A stretch of DNA of 64,000 nucleotides from the NCBI GenBank assembly GCA_013416795.1, contig RQSC01000032.1, positions 248,001-312,000 of the forward strand. The letters are read 5' to 3'. The position numbers were made by a program, and so were the translations under genes. The stretch is from Prasinococcaceae sp. CCMP 1430 (lineage: Eukaryota; Plantae; Prasinodermophyta). Below are positions 44,301-54,429 of this stretch, in pieces. Position 1 is the stretch's first letter. Each line of letters opens with the position of its first letter. The notes beneath the pieces were generated by a model. The model searched no databases, had not been told where the DNA came from, and saw only the letters and a program-made list of their open reading frames with translations.

Positions 44301-46710
44301 TGCCCTGCGGCGTTGGCTCGGCCGGCGTGATCGGAGTTGGCGTGGCACCCGTCGAAGCCGTTCCCGCGCGGCCGCGCACTGCAGCCTGCTGCGCTCCGCT
44401 TCCACAACCGTCAGCGGCAACGATCGCTGTCTTCTCATCTGCAAACACCCAGGGCAGGCCCAGGTCACCAGCTAGGCCAGTGAGGATCGCCTGCAGCGTC
44501 TCCTCATCAGTGCTGGCCGCATCGCGTGGTTGTTCATCAGATTTGTGGGTGCGCAGAAGCCACTTGCGCGTCTCGTTGAAGTCGTTGCGCCTGCGAGCCA
44601 CGGACGGTTCCACGCGCATTCTCTTTGAGGCGCGCTCTCCGGCTCCATCGTCTGTGGGTGCGTCGGCCCTCGAGGATGGGCGCGGGCATGGAGGTGGGGG
44701 CAGCATGTGTTGAAGGCATCTGCGGTGTGCCCGAGCCCGAGCTCGATCGTCGCATCCGAGCACGCCGCTGCCAACCAGCCAGCTCGCGTAAAGCGAGGGC
44801 TCGAAGAGGCGCGTCTCAATGCAGGTGCGTAGCAGCGCCTGCACGCCCGCCGCCGCGCCGGCTTCGCCCTCCTTCCACGCCACAGGCTCCGCGTCCTGCA
44901 TTGCAACGTCCTCTCCGTCGCCAATGCCCCTCGAAAAGCGCTTGTCCACCCAAGTTTGGAGCATGGCGTGTGTGTCTGCGCCATCCCCGCTTCCCTTGCC
45001 TTCGGCCAGCACTGCGGCGGCTGCGGAGCAGCGGGTCCAGAGCTCCCTCCACGCCTGCATGCGCCGGTCCGGGCTCGCGCCGGCCCCTGCTGCCGACGCA
45101 GCGTGCGCAACTGCCCAGTCACAGATCGTGCATAGCGCGCGCTGGTCGCACGAGGAACCGGCCTCGTCAGCCGCTGCCTGCGTTGCACGGGCGGCCTGCA
45201 CGAGCCTCTCCCACACCCTCGCGGGGCTCGCGTGGCCGAGCTTCGTGCCGAGCTCGCTGAGCGCCAAATGCATGGGAGCACCCTTCAGGGCGTTCGGGAA
45301 AACCGCGTCTTTCAAGCCAGCGGCGCGCCGCTGCACCGCCCCAACGCAAGCGCCAAGCTGCGGGTCTTCTGGCCACTGGTACGGCCATCCGGGCAGCCAG
45401 CCGGCCGTGTGCACGACGCAGTCAGGAGCCGTGCGCGCCGCGTGCGCCATCAGCAGGCCAACAACCTCCTCGACCTTCGGATCGAGCGGTGCCGTCTGAT
45501 CCCTTTCGCCGGTCAGCGCCCTGATCAGGTCTGCGCACATCGCCACGTTACCGCCGATCGCGCCGACGACGCCGGGTAGCAGCAACAGCTCGACGAGACG
45601 CCGCCGCGCTGACGCCGCCTTCCGGTCGCAGCACGACTGTGCGGCCCAGGTGGCGAGCTTCGGGACGTCCACGAGCCCCTCGTCCACGTGCCAGGCGATG
45701 AGCCTGTGCGCGTACGCCCATGCTGACGCGGCAGACACGGGCCACTGGCGGCTGGCGGCATCGCTGCGCGCGCGTTCGCGCTCGCGCGAGGCGCCTCGGC
45801 CTCTGCCCCGCGCCGCCACGCTGGCTCCGCCATCCGCGGACGCGTCTTCATCCGCCTCGAGGGCCGTGAGCGTCTCACCCAGGTAACTCACCAGGTACTG
45901 CGTCCACGCAGCCGTGCGATCTATCTGCTGCTGCCTGTTGCCCGCGTCCGTCTTGGCCTCGGCTGGTCGGTGTTTGTTCAAGTAGAGCGCGCGCACGTAC
46001 CACGTCGCCCGAGGCAGCGGCACGGCGGCGGCGGCGAGCGAGTCGAGCATCGCGCGCCCTCGGAGGGCGCTCGGCACGGCAGTCGCGAGCGCCGCGAGCG
46101 GGTTCGATGTGTCCGCGAGCTCGCCTGCCCAGCTCTGTTGCCTCGCCTCGTCTAGCATGAGCTCGGGGTACGCATCCGCTCGCCGCACGTCGGCGGCGGC
46201 GATCCGCCCGTATCGCAGACCTGCACGCGCCGCATCGGCCTGCGGCCCCCTGAGCCTGTCGAGCGACGCGGCGTACTTGGCGATGAGCTTTTGCGCGGCG
46301 TCCTCTCCCCAGAGCTCCGCCCTGTTGGTAAGGCTCAGCAAGCTCTCCTTGTCCTCGTCGATGCCGTCCGCCTTGTCCTGGTAGCCGTAGCATAGGAGGT
46401 AGCGGTTGAGCTCCTCCTCCTTGGCGAGCGGCTCGCCGCCGTGGCCATCGGGCAGCTCGCAGTACAGGGCTTCGAGCGTCAGGGGGCGCTGCTCTGCAGC
46501 GGAGCCGCCCGCCCGCGCCGCACCCCCCCGCGCCGCCGTGCCGCCGCCCATCGCCGCCACCCCCAGGTACCACACCGCCTCCGCGCCCACACCCTCGTCG
46601 TCGGCCTCCTCGGCGAACACAGCGGCCACCGCCTCGTCGGCCCGCCCCCCAAGTGCGCCCCCGCGCGCCCCTCCCGCGCGCGTGTGGCACCGCTCGCGCG
46701 CCGCCGCCAT
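41311..46710 (-). CDS. MED12: Mediator subunit MED12-like, 1799 aa, apparently intronless
   Basis: Med12 domain WAGELAD...LAALATAVPSALRGRAMLDSLAAAAVPLPRATWYVRALYLN; plant-like C-terminal SLWVRLQMLAPLLP and IDPWLLLE-type motif. Confidence 0.85.
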   Translation of the reverse strand: MAAARERCHTRAGGARGGALGGRADEAVAAVFAEEADDEGVGAEAVWYLGVAAMGGGTAARGGAARAGGSAAEQRPLTLEALYCELPDGHGGEPLAKEEELNRYLLCYGYQDKADGIDEDKESLLSLTNRAELWGEDAAQKLIAKYAASLDRLRGPQADAARAGLRYGRIAAADVRRADAYPELMLDEARQQSWAGELADTSNPLAALATAVPSALRGRAMLDSLAAAAVPLPRATWYVRALYLNKHRPAEAKTDAGNRQQQIDRTAAWTQYLVSYLGETLTALEADEDASADGGASVAARGRGRGASRERERARSDAASRQWPVSAASAWAYAHRLIAWHVDEGLVDVPKLATWAAQSCCDRKAASARRRLVELLLLPGVVGAIGGNVAMCADLIRALTGERDQTAPLDPKVEEVVGLLMAHAARTAPDCVVHTAGWLPGWPYQWPEDPQLGACVGAVQRRAAGLKDAVFPNALKGAPMHLALSELGTKLGHASPARVWERLVQAARATQAAADEAGSSCDQRALCTICDWAVAHAASAAGAGASPDRRMQAWRELWTRCSAAAAVLAEGKGSGDGADTHAMLQTWVDKRFSRGIGDGEDVAMQDAEPVAWKEGEAGAAAGVQALLRTCIETRLFEPSLYASWLVGSGVLGCDDRARARAHRRCLQHMLPPPPCPRPSSRADAPTDDGAGERASKRMRVEPSVARRRNDFNETRKWLLRTHKSDEQPRDAASTDEETLQAILTGLAGDLGLPWVFADEKTAIVAADGCGSGAQQAAVRGRAGTASTGATPTPITPAEPTPQGISEPSPISPVSPVGQAGRTPGDGSGNGRSRVPKVSLVSGFADVGGATSEARLLLDLWRVRPSRAHRAAKRLAHALNDSLGNLATLPDDVASQMAAVLDSLGQHRTSASIALRILDHVKAEACASREAAASAEAKLGYMLSSVAATLASQADVLAATGELMPALDSALGLAAALNREAATQGSSSGVASRLLSVLVASVSSARYSTQPSSKDAPSPQEAAWLRQLGKHGADELAKAQAVSRGDEANVAAIAAACKDQPRPTAIPSELVLSAAGALSAWAQAGKQDAAAAGADRVLAALGAATDPALAATAAAHGAMAALSEALKVSEAWGSVDGRRVVETTAATLVACSIRAGALGGLEAASECEWRGMQALFDAATACSPADTTGDAGARSAYLIGAATAIAGASVARGFASLSTAIAAAYAPNASATASATAVFWWRLLLVTATVPPPPSNNEVNNAKDRTVQAEHSMALLMSASDRAALLRHRCVLPAAALAMPLNALSTMGEGVEGAASTLNALMISPGPRCAAMLDPLSLARSLAGQTDNTSALHTMLALTGTAVAAGGQDAAASVLSLLEGVSWETFEASVACLHLAIESLLEKGTASFTRALMKLLLRSAESTVILCEVVLALAPLNKELVPAVLKEGNSLLDQDEQLMGRAPLVVAIARAALGEGGKDPATVMAAAEACLPAAGAFGHERALVSLLLALLSRGGLTANDQRTFAEGLVGQLERLCGRMVAEQSGTARGGLKMRSQLGRKSARGIGPPSGVQCSLWVRLQMLAPLLPLVRKDTPKSKLRARLAAATLRALSSNAVHASPDVGVATTAAAAAESAAGVHGASDGATDVATRSAYERISALSAFAASSAESLPDRLMSVLHALLDQHWAAWLSAGRVLREVAANTDDLKALASLMGDLPLPEAVRRRCSASLPRTASAPSAPGKRPVGASIGAVDPWLLLEGGPCIAERQRVGAPSLVASRAHAASYILEGAVRVRREPARL

Positions 46711-46792
46711 CGCACCGCACGCACCGCATCGCGCCGCGCCCCGAACCTCAACCCCATCCGATGCCCACCCAATGCAAACACTCCTTATTCAT

Positions 46793-47297
46793 AAACCCTC
46801 TAAAAGAATTTACCCCAATTATGGCGCGGTCTGCCCCCCCGCCGCAATCGGGGCCTCGGCCCGTCGCGCCGCGCCCCGGCGGGACTGGCTGACTCTGACT
46901 TCGGACGGGTCGCGCCGCGGCGACCCGGGGCGGCGTTTTCGGGTCCGTTTCCTGCTGTGCGCCGATTTTCGGCGCCGCGGGGCGCGCGCGCGCGCCGGCC
47001 GGCGCCTAACGAGCCGCACCCGAATCCGACGCCGGAGATAGTGTCTATATCACGGGAATGAAAGCCAGCCAGCGAAAGCAAGACAGCCGAATCCAGCGGC
47101 GGCACGGAGAGCACCCAGCCAGACAAGCACAGCACTGTACAGACAGCACGGCACAGCACAGCGCAGCGCAGCACAGCACAGCACAGCCCGGATCAGGATG
47201 AGCCCAGGGGACTGGCGGGACCACACCAGCAGCCTGACCAGACAGGGGTTGATACGGTACTGTGGGGTAGGGTTTAAACCCTAAACACAGAAACCCT
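46793..47297. promoter_or_regulatory. Divergent MED12/MEKHLA promoter with AAACCCT (46793), a perfect 16-bp palindrome TAGGGTTTAAACCCTA (47268-47283) and AAACCCT (47291)
   Basis: Motifs seen directly; regulatory role inferred from plant telo-box biology. Confidence 0.5.
47144..47188. repeat. (CAGCA/CAGCG)n pentanucleotide repeat
   Basis: Visible directly. Confidence 0.85.
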
Positions 47298-47424
47298 TAC
47301 TGTACTGTGTGCATGGGCGCCGGCCGCGCCGCGCCCCACACCGCGCGCGAGCGGCGGGCGCGGGAGGCCGGCGGTGGCCGCCTCCCCGGCGGGGCGTGCG
47401 CACCGGCCTGTGGCCGCTAGGCGC

Positions 47425-47970
47425 ATGGCGGCGTGCGGGGCGAGCAGCACGGTGCGCCGTGGCGGCGGCGGGGAGGCGCCGGTCGAGCGCGAGAAATGGG
47501 CGGCGCTCCTTGCGGAGTCGCACCTTCGCGTAGTGGGGAGGCCGCTGCTGCCTGACCTCACCGCAGACTTCCTTGCGCGCGCCGACGCTGCGGACGTCGA
47601 AGCGCGAATCGAGGCGTGGGGCGGCTGCGTGCTCTCGCACGACCTGCCAGCCGACGCACCGCGCTTCAACTACGCGAATCCGGCGGGTATGCGCGCGTTC
47701 GAGATGCCGGACGAGGAGACGCTGTGCGCGACGGAGAGTAGGAAGTCCGCGCCCGACACGGGCACGCGCGAAGAGAGGGCGGAGCTGCTGCACCGCGTCA
47801 CGACGCAGGGCTTCATCGACGACTACCGCGGCGTCCGCGTGAGCACCACCGGAAAGCTCTTTCGCCTCGAGGGGGCGACGGTCTGGAACGTGCGAAACTC
47901 CGACGGCGAGGTGGTGGGGCAGGCAGCGGCGTTCGAGCGCACCACGCCCGTGGCGTCGGCCGACGTGTAA
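47425..47970 (+). CDS. Stand-alone MEKHLA (PAS-like) domain protein
   Basis: VLSHD...PRFNYANPAG...SRKSA...REERAELLHRVTTQGFIDDYRGVRVSTTGKLFRLEGATVWN...GQAAAF. Confidence 0.92.
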   Translation: MAACGASSTVRRGGGGEAPVEREKWAALLAESHLRVVGRPLLPDLTADFLARADAADVEARIEAWGGCVLSHDLPADAPRFNYANPAGMRAFEMPDEETLCATESRKSAPDTGTREERAELLHRVTTQGFIDDYRGVRVSTTGKLFRLEGATVWNVRNSDGEVVGQAAAFERTTPVASADV

Positions 47971-48093
47971 ATGTATGGTAATTATTTTGAATAGCTGAGG
48001 CGCTCGTGCCGCGTCCGACGTTGGCCTGCGGCCTCGGGAAGGCGCGTCGTTTGAATGGTGTGCGCAGCATGCGCGTGTGCCCGTGCCGTCGAG

Positions 48094-49988
48094 TCAAGAG
48101 AACGTCTCGGCGTCGTTCTCTTCGTCCGAGCCGCGTCCCTTGAAAATCTCATCGAAGTGGGCGTGCGCGAAGCCGTCCGGAGGGAGCTCGAGCGTGAGCG
48201 CCTGCGGCGGCGGCCGCTGCCTGCTCGGCGGGCGCGCCGAGTGGGCCTTGCGACGGATCGGACCCTCGCGCTTGCGCGGAGAGCGGATGACAGAGCGCTC
48301 CCGCGCGCCGCTGGGATTGACGGTGCCCGGCCGCTGCAGCGGGATCTGGCGGCCCTCCTTCGCCACCTTCGTCCTGGTCTCGCTGTTCTTCGAGGCCACA
48401 CGCTCTCGCGCGGGCGTACTGTTGGTGAAGAGGAACAACGCCTCGCTCGGCGGGCGCTGCCTGCTCAGAGGCCGGCGGTAACCGTCGGCGTCGACCTCGA
48501 TGCTTTCTCCCCGGATGTCGCTCTCGCCGCCTTGCCCCTCATCTTCCTCCTCGCCCTCGTCACCGGCGTAGAAGAGGTTGGCGCTCATACCCGACAAGTC
48601 CACCTCCTTGGTGGAGGGCGCATCGGTGCCGTCGAGGCCGCTGGTGAGGCTACTGCCGTAGTGGCCGCCCTGCGTGGCCGGTCGGAAGTCAGATATGTTT
48701 GACCGCGCCATCGCGATGTCCATTTTGGTTGGCGAGCTGCATGAAGACCCCGAGATGGACGCCACGTCCAGCTCGATCTCGTCGCCCGAGCTACCCTCGA
48801 AGCCGTACTTGTCATCTCGAGAGGGTCCGCCCGTGCATTCAGCCGCCAGCGCCTGCGCACGCTGCGTCTGCACGCGAAGACTGGCGCTGCCAGGCCGTCG
48901 ACCACCCGCGCTCCACGATCTTGTGTGATCCTGCTGCGCCTCAACGCGGCTGGTGTCGCGCCCCGACCACCGGCGCCTCGCAGCGCCAACCAAGTTGGCC
49001 TCGGGCGCCACGGGCATTGTCACGAGCTGTCGCATGTAGTCCGACAGGATGAAGCTCGTTTGCTCGGTCAGCTCCTCCTCGCCTTCCTCGGGCAGCCGCA
49101 TGGGCTTCCGGTGACGGGTCTCGGTGCCATTGCCAACGTCGCCGCTCCACGCGACCGCGGCTGGTCCGGTGCTCCTGCCGCTCACGCGCAGCTTTGCCGT
49201 GGCCTCCGAGCTGCCATCGGATACGTTGCCCTGGAAATGGGTGGGCGTGAGGCTCTTGGCGACGCGGTCCTGCGGCTCCTGGGTCTTCGCGAAGCGACGC
49301 ATGCTGCTACGGCTCCACACGCCCGCGGCGAGGGGGTGGGCAGTCGCGCTGCTCCCCAGGGCCGTCGACACCCTCGAGTACAGCCTGGCGCCGCTGTCGC
49401 TGCCCGCTGAGGTCGCGGGCCGCGCCGCCGCAACCTGGCGCGGGGCAACGAAGCGCTCTCGTCCATGGTCCGTGGTTAGCGTCGAGGTCGCCGGTCTTTG
49501 GCTACCCTGCGGCAGGCCATTGCTCACGCCCCACGCCTGGCCGTGAAGCGGCGTGCGCGGCCGATGCTGTGGCGTCCTGCGGGCGCTGCTGCTCCCCGCG
49601 TTGCCCCACTGCCTGCTCTGGGGACGCGAGGGGATCGCGCTGCCGCCGCGGGCCTGCACCCCCCTCGGCTGCTGCTGCTGCTGCTTTGGCGGCTGCTGCT
49701 GGCGCGGGGTGCTGCGCAGGCTGTTCCCGGTGCGCAGGCCGACGTGCATGCTGCTCGACGATTGGCCTTGTTGCTCGCTGCCACGCTCGCCCCCGCCGCT
49801 GCCGCCATGGCCGTGCACGGCTAGCGACGCTCCTTTGGCGGCCCTGAAGCCGAGCGCGCCGGGTTCGTTTCGCCCGCTCACCTCATCTGCGCGCGTGCTC
49901 TCGAACCTCTGCCGCCGCGCGCTGCCGGGCGCCGCCGCTCCGCCCGCGCGGCTCTTTGCGGCGCCCCTGCGGAGCGAGCCCGCCGGGG
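48094..49988 (-). CDS. Low-complexity S/R/P/G-rich protein of unknown function; the 5' end is lost in an N gap
   Basis: More than 600 open codons with coding-like composition and repeated RP(L/P)SRQRPP motifs near the C-terminus. Confidence 0.65.
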
Positions 49989-50296
49989 NNNNNNNNNNNN
50001 NNNNNNNNNNNNNNNNNNNNNNNNNNNNNNNNNNNNNNNNNNNNNNNNNNNNNNNNNNNNNNNNNNNNNNNNNNNNNNNNNNNNNNNNNNNNNNNNNNNN
50101 NNNNNNNNNNNNNNNNNNNNNNNNNNNNNNNNNNNNNNNNNNNNNNNNNNNNNNNNNNNNNNNNNNNNNNNNNNNNNNNNNNNNNNNNNNNNNNNNNNNN
50201 NNNNNNNNNNNNNNNNNNNNNNNNNNNNNNNNNNNNNNNNNNNNNNNNNNNNNNNNNNNNNNNNNNNNNNNNNNNNNNNNNNNNNNNNNNNNNNNN
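49989..50296. other. Assembly gap. Other gaps: 1645-1705, 5070-5286, 23776-24077, 30863-30896.
   Basis: Runs of N, mostly in or next to promoter regions and flanked by homopolymer or GC repeats. Confidence 1.
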
Positions 50297-50304
50297 CGCG
50301 GCGG

Positions 50305-53300
50305 GTGGGCGACGCGCCAGCGGGCGCCGGCGCACCCGTCGACGCCCACGCGCTCGCCGCGCTCGAGGCGGGCCGCAAGGCCGCGATGGAGTACAAGGCG
50401 GAGGGCAACGAGCGCTTCGCGGCGCGCGAGTACCAGGCGGCCGCGGAGGCCTTCACACGAGCGCTCGGCGCGTACGCGCGCGCTCGGGCCAGTGCGGGGA
50501 GCGCGCGCGGCGACGGCAACTTCCGCGCGCCGCTCTTCTCCAACCGCTCGGCGGCGCGGCTCGCGCTCGGCGACGCCGCCGGCGCGCTCGCCGACGGTGA
50601 CGACGCCGTGCGCTGCAGGCCCACGTGGTGGAAGGCCCACTCGAGGCGAGGCGCGGCGCTCGTGGCACTCGGTGCGTTCGACCGCGCCGCGCAGGCGTAC
50701 GAGGACGCCGCGGGCGCGGCCGAGGACCCAGAGTGCGCGGACAAGCAGCGGGCGGAGGCCGACGCTGCACGGGGCAGGGCGAAGGCGGCACTGGCGACCG
50801 GCAAGATCACGTTCCAGAGGCGGACCGACGCGCGCGGGGGCGGCGCGGCGATCTCCGCGCTGGTGGGCGCGCTCGGCGAGGCGCTCACCGACGAGGCGGA
50901 CGAGCCGCGCCACGAGGCCACACTCGTGCTCGCGGCGGCGGTCGAGGCGGCCGCCGAGGCTGGCACGCTGGACGCGCAGACCGCCGCCGAGCTCGCGGGC
51001 TTCGCAGTGAACCGACTGGAGGACATTGGCACGCTCAGGGGCGGACTCCGGCTCGCCGGGGCGCTGCTCGGCGAGAGGACCGATGCCGGGGCCGCTGCTG
51101 ATGCCGCGCCCCCCGGCGGCGCCGGCGGCGGCAATGACGACACGCAGAGCCCCATCCCCGTCGAGGCGGCCGCGACGCTCGGCGTGGCGCTCGTCGACGT
51201 GCGCGTGCAGGCGCTCGCGCAGATGGACCGTGCAGCTGCGCTGCGCGCCCTGCGTCGCTTCTTCGCGTCGCACGCGGATGCGGCAGAGGGCCTCGGGGAG
51301 CATCTCGCGCAGGGTGTGGTCTCGGCCATCGACGGCGAGCGCGATCCGCGCAATCTGCTCACGGCATTTGAGCTGCTCGTGCTCGTCACGCGCGCGCTCG
51401 ACGAGGATTCCGTGAGGGCCAACGCCGAGGAGCTATTTGACACCGTCGCACGCTACTTCCCCATCAAGTTCACGCCGCCACCCGACGCTGCCAGCCGGGC
51501 AGATGCCATCACGCGCGCGCAGCTCGTTGAAAGCCTTCGCAGCGCGATGCTGTCGCATGTCGCTTTCGCAGAGTTCGCCATGCGCCTGCTGCTCGACAAG
51601 CTGGGCTCGCTTCTTCATACGGCCAAGATGGACTCGCTCGACGTGCTCACGCGTGCGCCGGTCGCCTTTGGCGCTGGGGCGACGCCCTTCACCGAGAGCG
51701 TGTGGGCGGCGCTGCGCCGCGCCGCACTCCCGCGAGCAGCTCAGGGGCTCTCCGAGACGCAGGCCGCCGGCCAGGACGACGCCGAGGATGCAGACCCAGC
51801 TGCGCGCGACGCAGCGCGCGAGCTGCGAGAGGAGGCGTGCGCGTGCATCAGCGCGTGGGTGGGGGCGCCGGGGAAGACTGGCGTGGATTTTAGGCAGCTC
51901 GTTCTGGGCGACGGCGGCGTTGGTGGGGTCGCCGAGGCCGTGGCCAACGCCAAAGCTAGCCCCAACGCCTCCCCGGCCGCACAGAGGGACTCGGACGCCA
52001 TGGACGAGGCAGAGGACGGTACCGAGGCCTCTACCAGTGCAGCGATTCTGCCCATGCCGTCGGCAGCGGCGGTGGCAGCAGCGGCGGCCGCGCTGCGCGC
52101 GTCAGTGGAAGGCAGCACGGTCGCCGCGCGCGAGGTGCTCGAGCGCTACGGCGCGCCGCTTGCCGCTCGGCGCAACTGCGCGGCATCGCTCGCGTTGCTC
52201 GTCGCCATCGTACAGGGCGTGCGCAAGGCTTCTGAGGATTCTGCCGCTTCCAGCACCGATTCAGTGGCTGACGCGAGCATGCTGCTCGGTGATGCTGGCA
52301 GCGCCATTTTGCAGCGCTTCTGCGCCGACGCGGGTGCGGATCTCGTGTCGGGCGCATCGGCCGCGGCTGCAGTTGCCGGTGGTGCCGCGGGCCTTGAGGC
52401 GCTCTGCTGCGCACCATGTGCTGCCGCGACGGACCGTGCAAAGCGTGCTGCCGCTGCTATCGAGGCGCTCAGCGCGGTCGCATGCACATCACTCGATGCC
52501 ACAACCGACGCTGATGCGGCTATCAATGGTGCGGCCGATGCCGCGCAGCAGGGCGCTGTGGGTGCTATGCGCAACATTGCGTTGGCGAGCACGGAGGGCG
52601 CTTCTGCGCTCGCGCGTGGTATCACCGACACCATAGCGCCAGCAGCGACCAACTTGTCTGCGAGCGCGGCTGGCAGAAACGCCGCACTCGATGCGCTGTG
52701 CGAGCTCGTAGGAGCGCAGGTGGGGGGTGAACCCGGAAGCGGGTGCGGTGGCGGCGCTGCGATGCATGCGTCAGTGTGGAAAGCCGCCGCCATGCCGCTC
52801 GCGCGGACTGCAGCAGGGATGTCCATCGGCGAACTGGATGGCACTGAACGCGAGTGCAGGCAAGGAGCACTGAAAGGCCTGTGCGTGTTGCTTGAGGGCG
52901 TGCCCGCAGCTTCGCTTTGGGCCGGCTGCGACGGTGGGGCCGATGATGCGCTTGCGGCCATTGCGGCTCAATTAATGGACGGTGCTGGCGCAGGAGGCGA
53001 CGGATTGGATGCTGGTATCGTCAACCTCCTCGCGCGAGCTGTGCTTGGAGCTGTAGCACAGCTCTCTGAAGCTGCGCAGTTGCGGCTGCTCCCTGCTGTA
53101 TGTGGGCCGCTTTTGACCGCCGCCACACAGAACACTTGGCAGGGCGTCCAGGGCGCCTTCGTTGTGGCTGCTGCTGCCGCATGCGCGCTTCGCTCGCAAC
53201 CGACGCACGTCCTGCTGGAGAGCGTCGGAATAGGCGATGGCGACGCGCGTGGCATGGACGCCACGCTTGCTATACTGCGCTCCACGCTTGAGGACGGCGC

Positions 53301-54392
53301 AGCAAGTGAGGCTGTTGCTGAGGCGAGCGCGAGACTCGTTGCGAGCATCGTCAATAAGCTGCCCGTCGAAGGGGCCGGCCAAGCCGAGGCGCTCGATCGC
53401 TTCGCCGAGCGGGTGCTTGACTGCGTTGCCACTGGGTGTGCGCCCGGCGGCTCCAGGTGCGTGCGCCGTCGATTCAGCGGTGTACAGTGCCATGCGTCGC
53501 GCTGAAAGTGTGCGTCCATGTGTGCATCCATGCGTCGATTTTGACACAGACTGATTGTGCGCGCGTGCGCAGTCGGCCCCGAGCTATGACGGCACTGGGT
53601 TGGATTGCCAAGGCCCTGGTCATGCGTAACCATGCGCAGGCACAGCGCGCTCGCGAGCTGCTTCTTGGCGTCGCACTCGCGCCGGCCAGTGCTGCCGACG
53701 ACACACCAAGTCGTGACGCGAAGGCCTCGGCCTGCGCCGCGCTTGGACTTGTGCTCTCCGACCGGCGAGGTGCGCTGCATGCCAAGCTACACGCTCGTTC
53801 TGCCTTCCTTTACAAGCAGAAGTTTCTCAACGCGGCTGTGGGACCGCTGTGCGAGGCGAGCACTGCGAAAGATCGCTATACGGACTTCTCCAGGGAATCT
53901 CGCCTGTGGGCGATGCGTGCGCTCTGCCACCTATTGTGTGGCGGCGCACCTGCTGCGGCGGTCATGCAGCACGCCGCCGCGGCCTTGCCGCTGGTCCTCG
54001 AATGCGTGCCCTCCCTCGTTGAGGCCTCATCGGAGGGGAATGATGCAGCTGCGACGAAGCTTGTGGGCATGGTGATGTCGCTGGCGCGGCTGCACGTCGA
54101 GGCCTCAGGCGCGGGTGAGGCTGCCCCAATCGGTCGCGTCGTTGTGTCGCAGGCCGCCAAGCTCTGCGGGGCGGCGCTGGCAGCTCTGAAGTGTGAGCAA
54201 AGCAGCCGCGCGCGAGTCGGCGCATTGAGCGTGCTGCGCGCGCTCGTGGAGTGCGACGGTGTTCCATGGAGCACACTCTTCCCGCTGCGGCCGCGTGTGT
54301 GCACAGCTCTTGGCGTGGCGCTCGATGACGACAGGCGATCCGTGCGTCAGGCTGCGGTGGCTGCCAAGGACAGCTGGGAGGCCAATCGATGA
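50305..54392 (+). CDS. MMS19: TPR-MMS19 fusion (cytosolic Fe-S targeting complex scaffold). Exons about 50305-53456 and 53573-54392; the start may lie in the gap.
   Basis: Three TPRs, then MMS19 N-terminal GERDPRNLL...EELFDTVARYFPIKF and C-terminal LYKQKFL...LDDDRRSVRQAAV. Confidence 0.9.
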
Positions 54393-54429
54393 TGCCACGT
54401 GAATTACTGTATGTAACAATTGATCCGCA

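Noticed and set aside
47268-47283. TAGGGTTT as a telomere or interstitial telomeric array
   Set aside because: Only single units occur, not tandem arrays, so it was treated as a telo-box-like motif.
48094-51443. ORFs 48094-51303, 49878-51443, 3318-5396 and 23598-24830 read through N gaps
   Set aside because: These are artefacts of translating Ns or of antisense shadows in GC-rich DNA. Only the parts supported by motifs were annotated.
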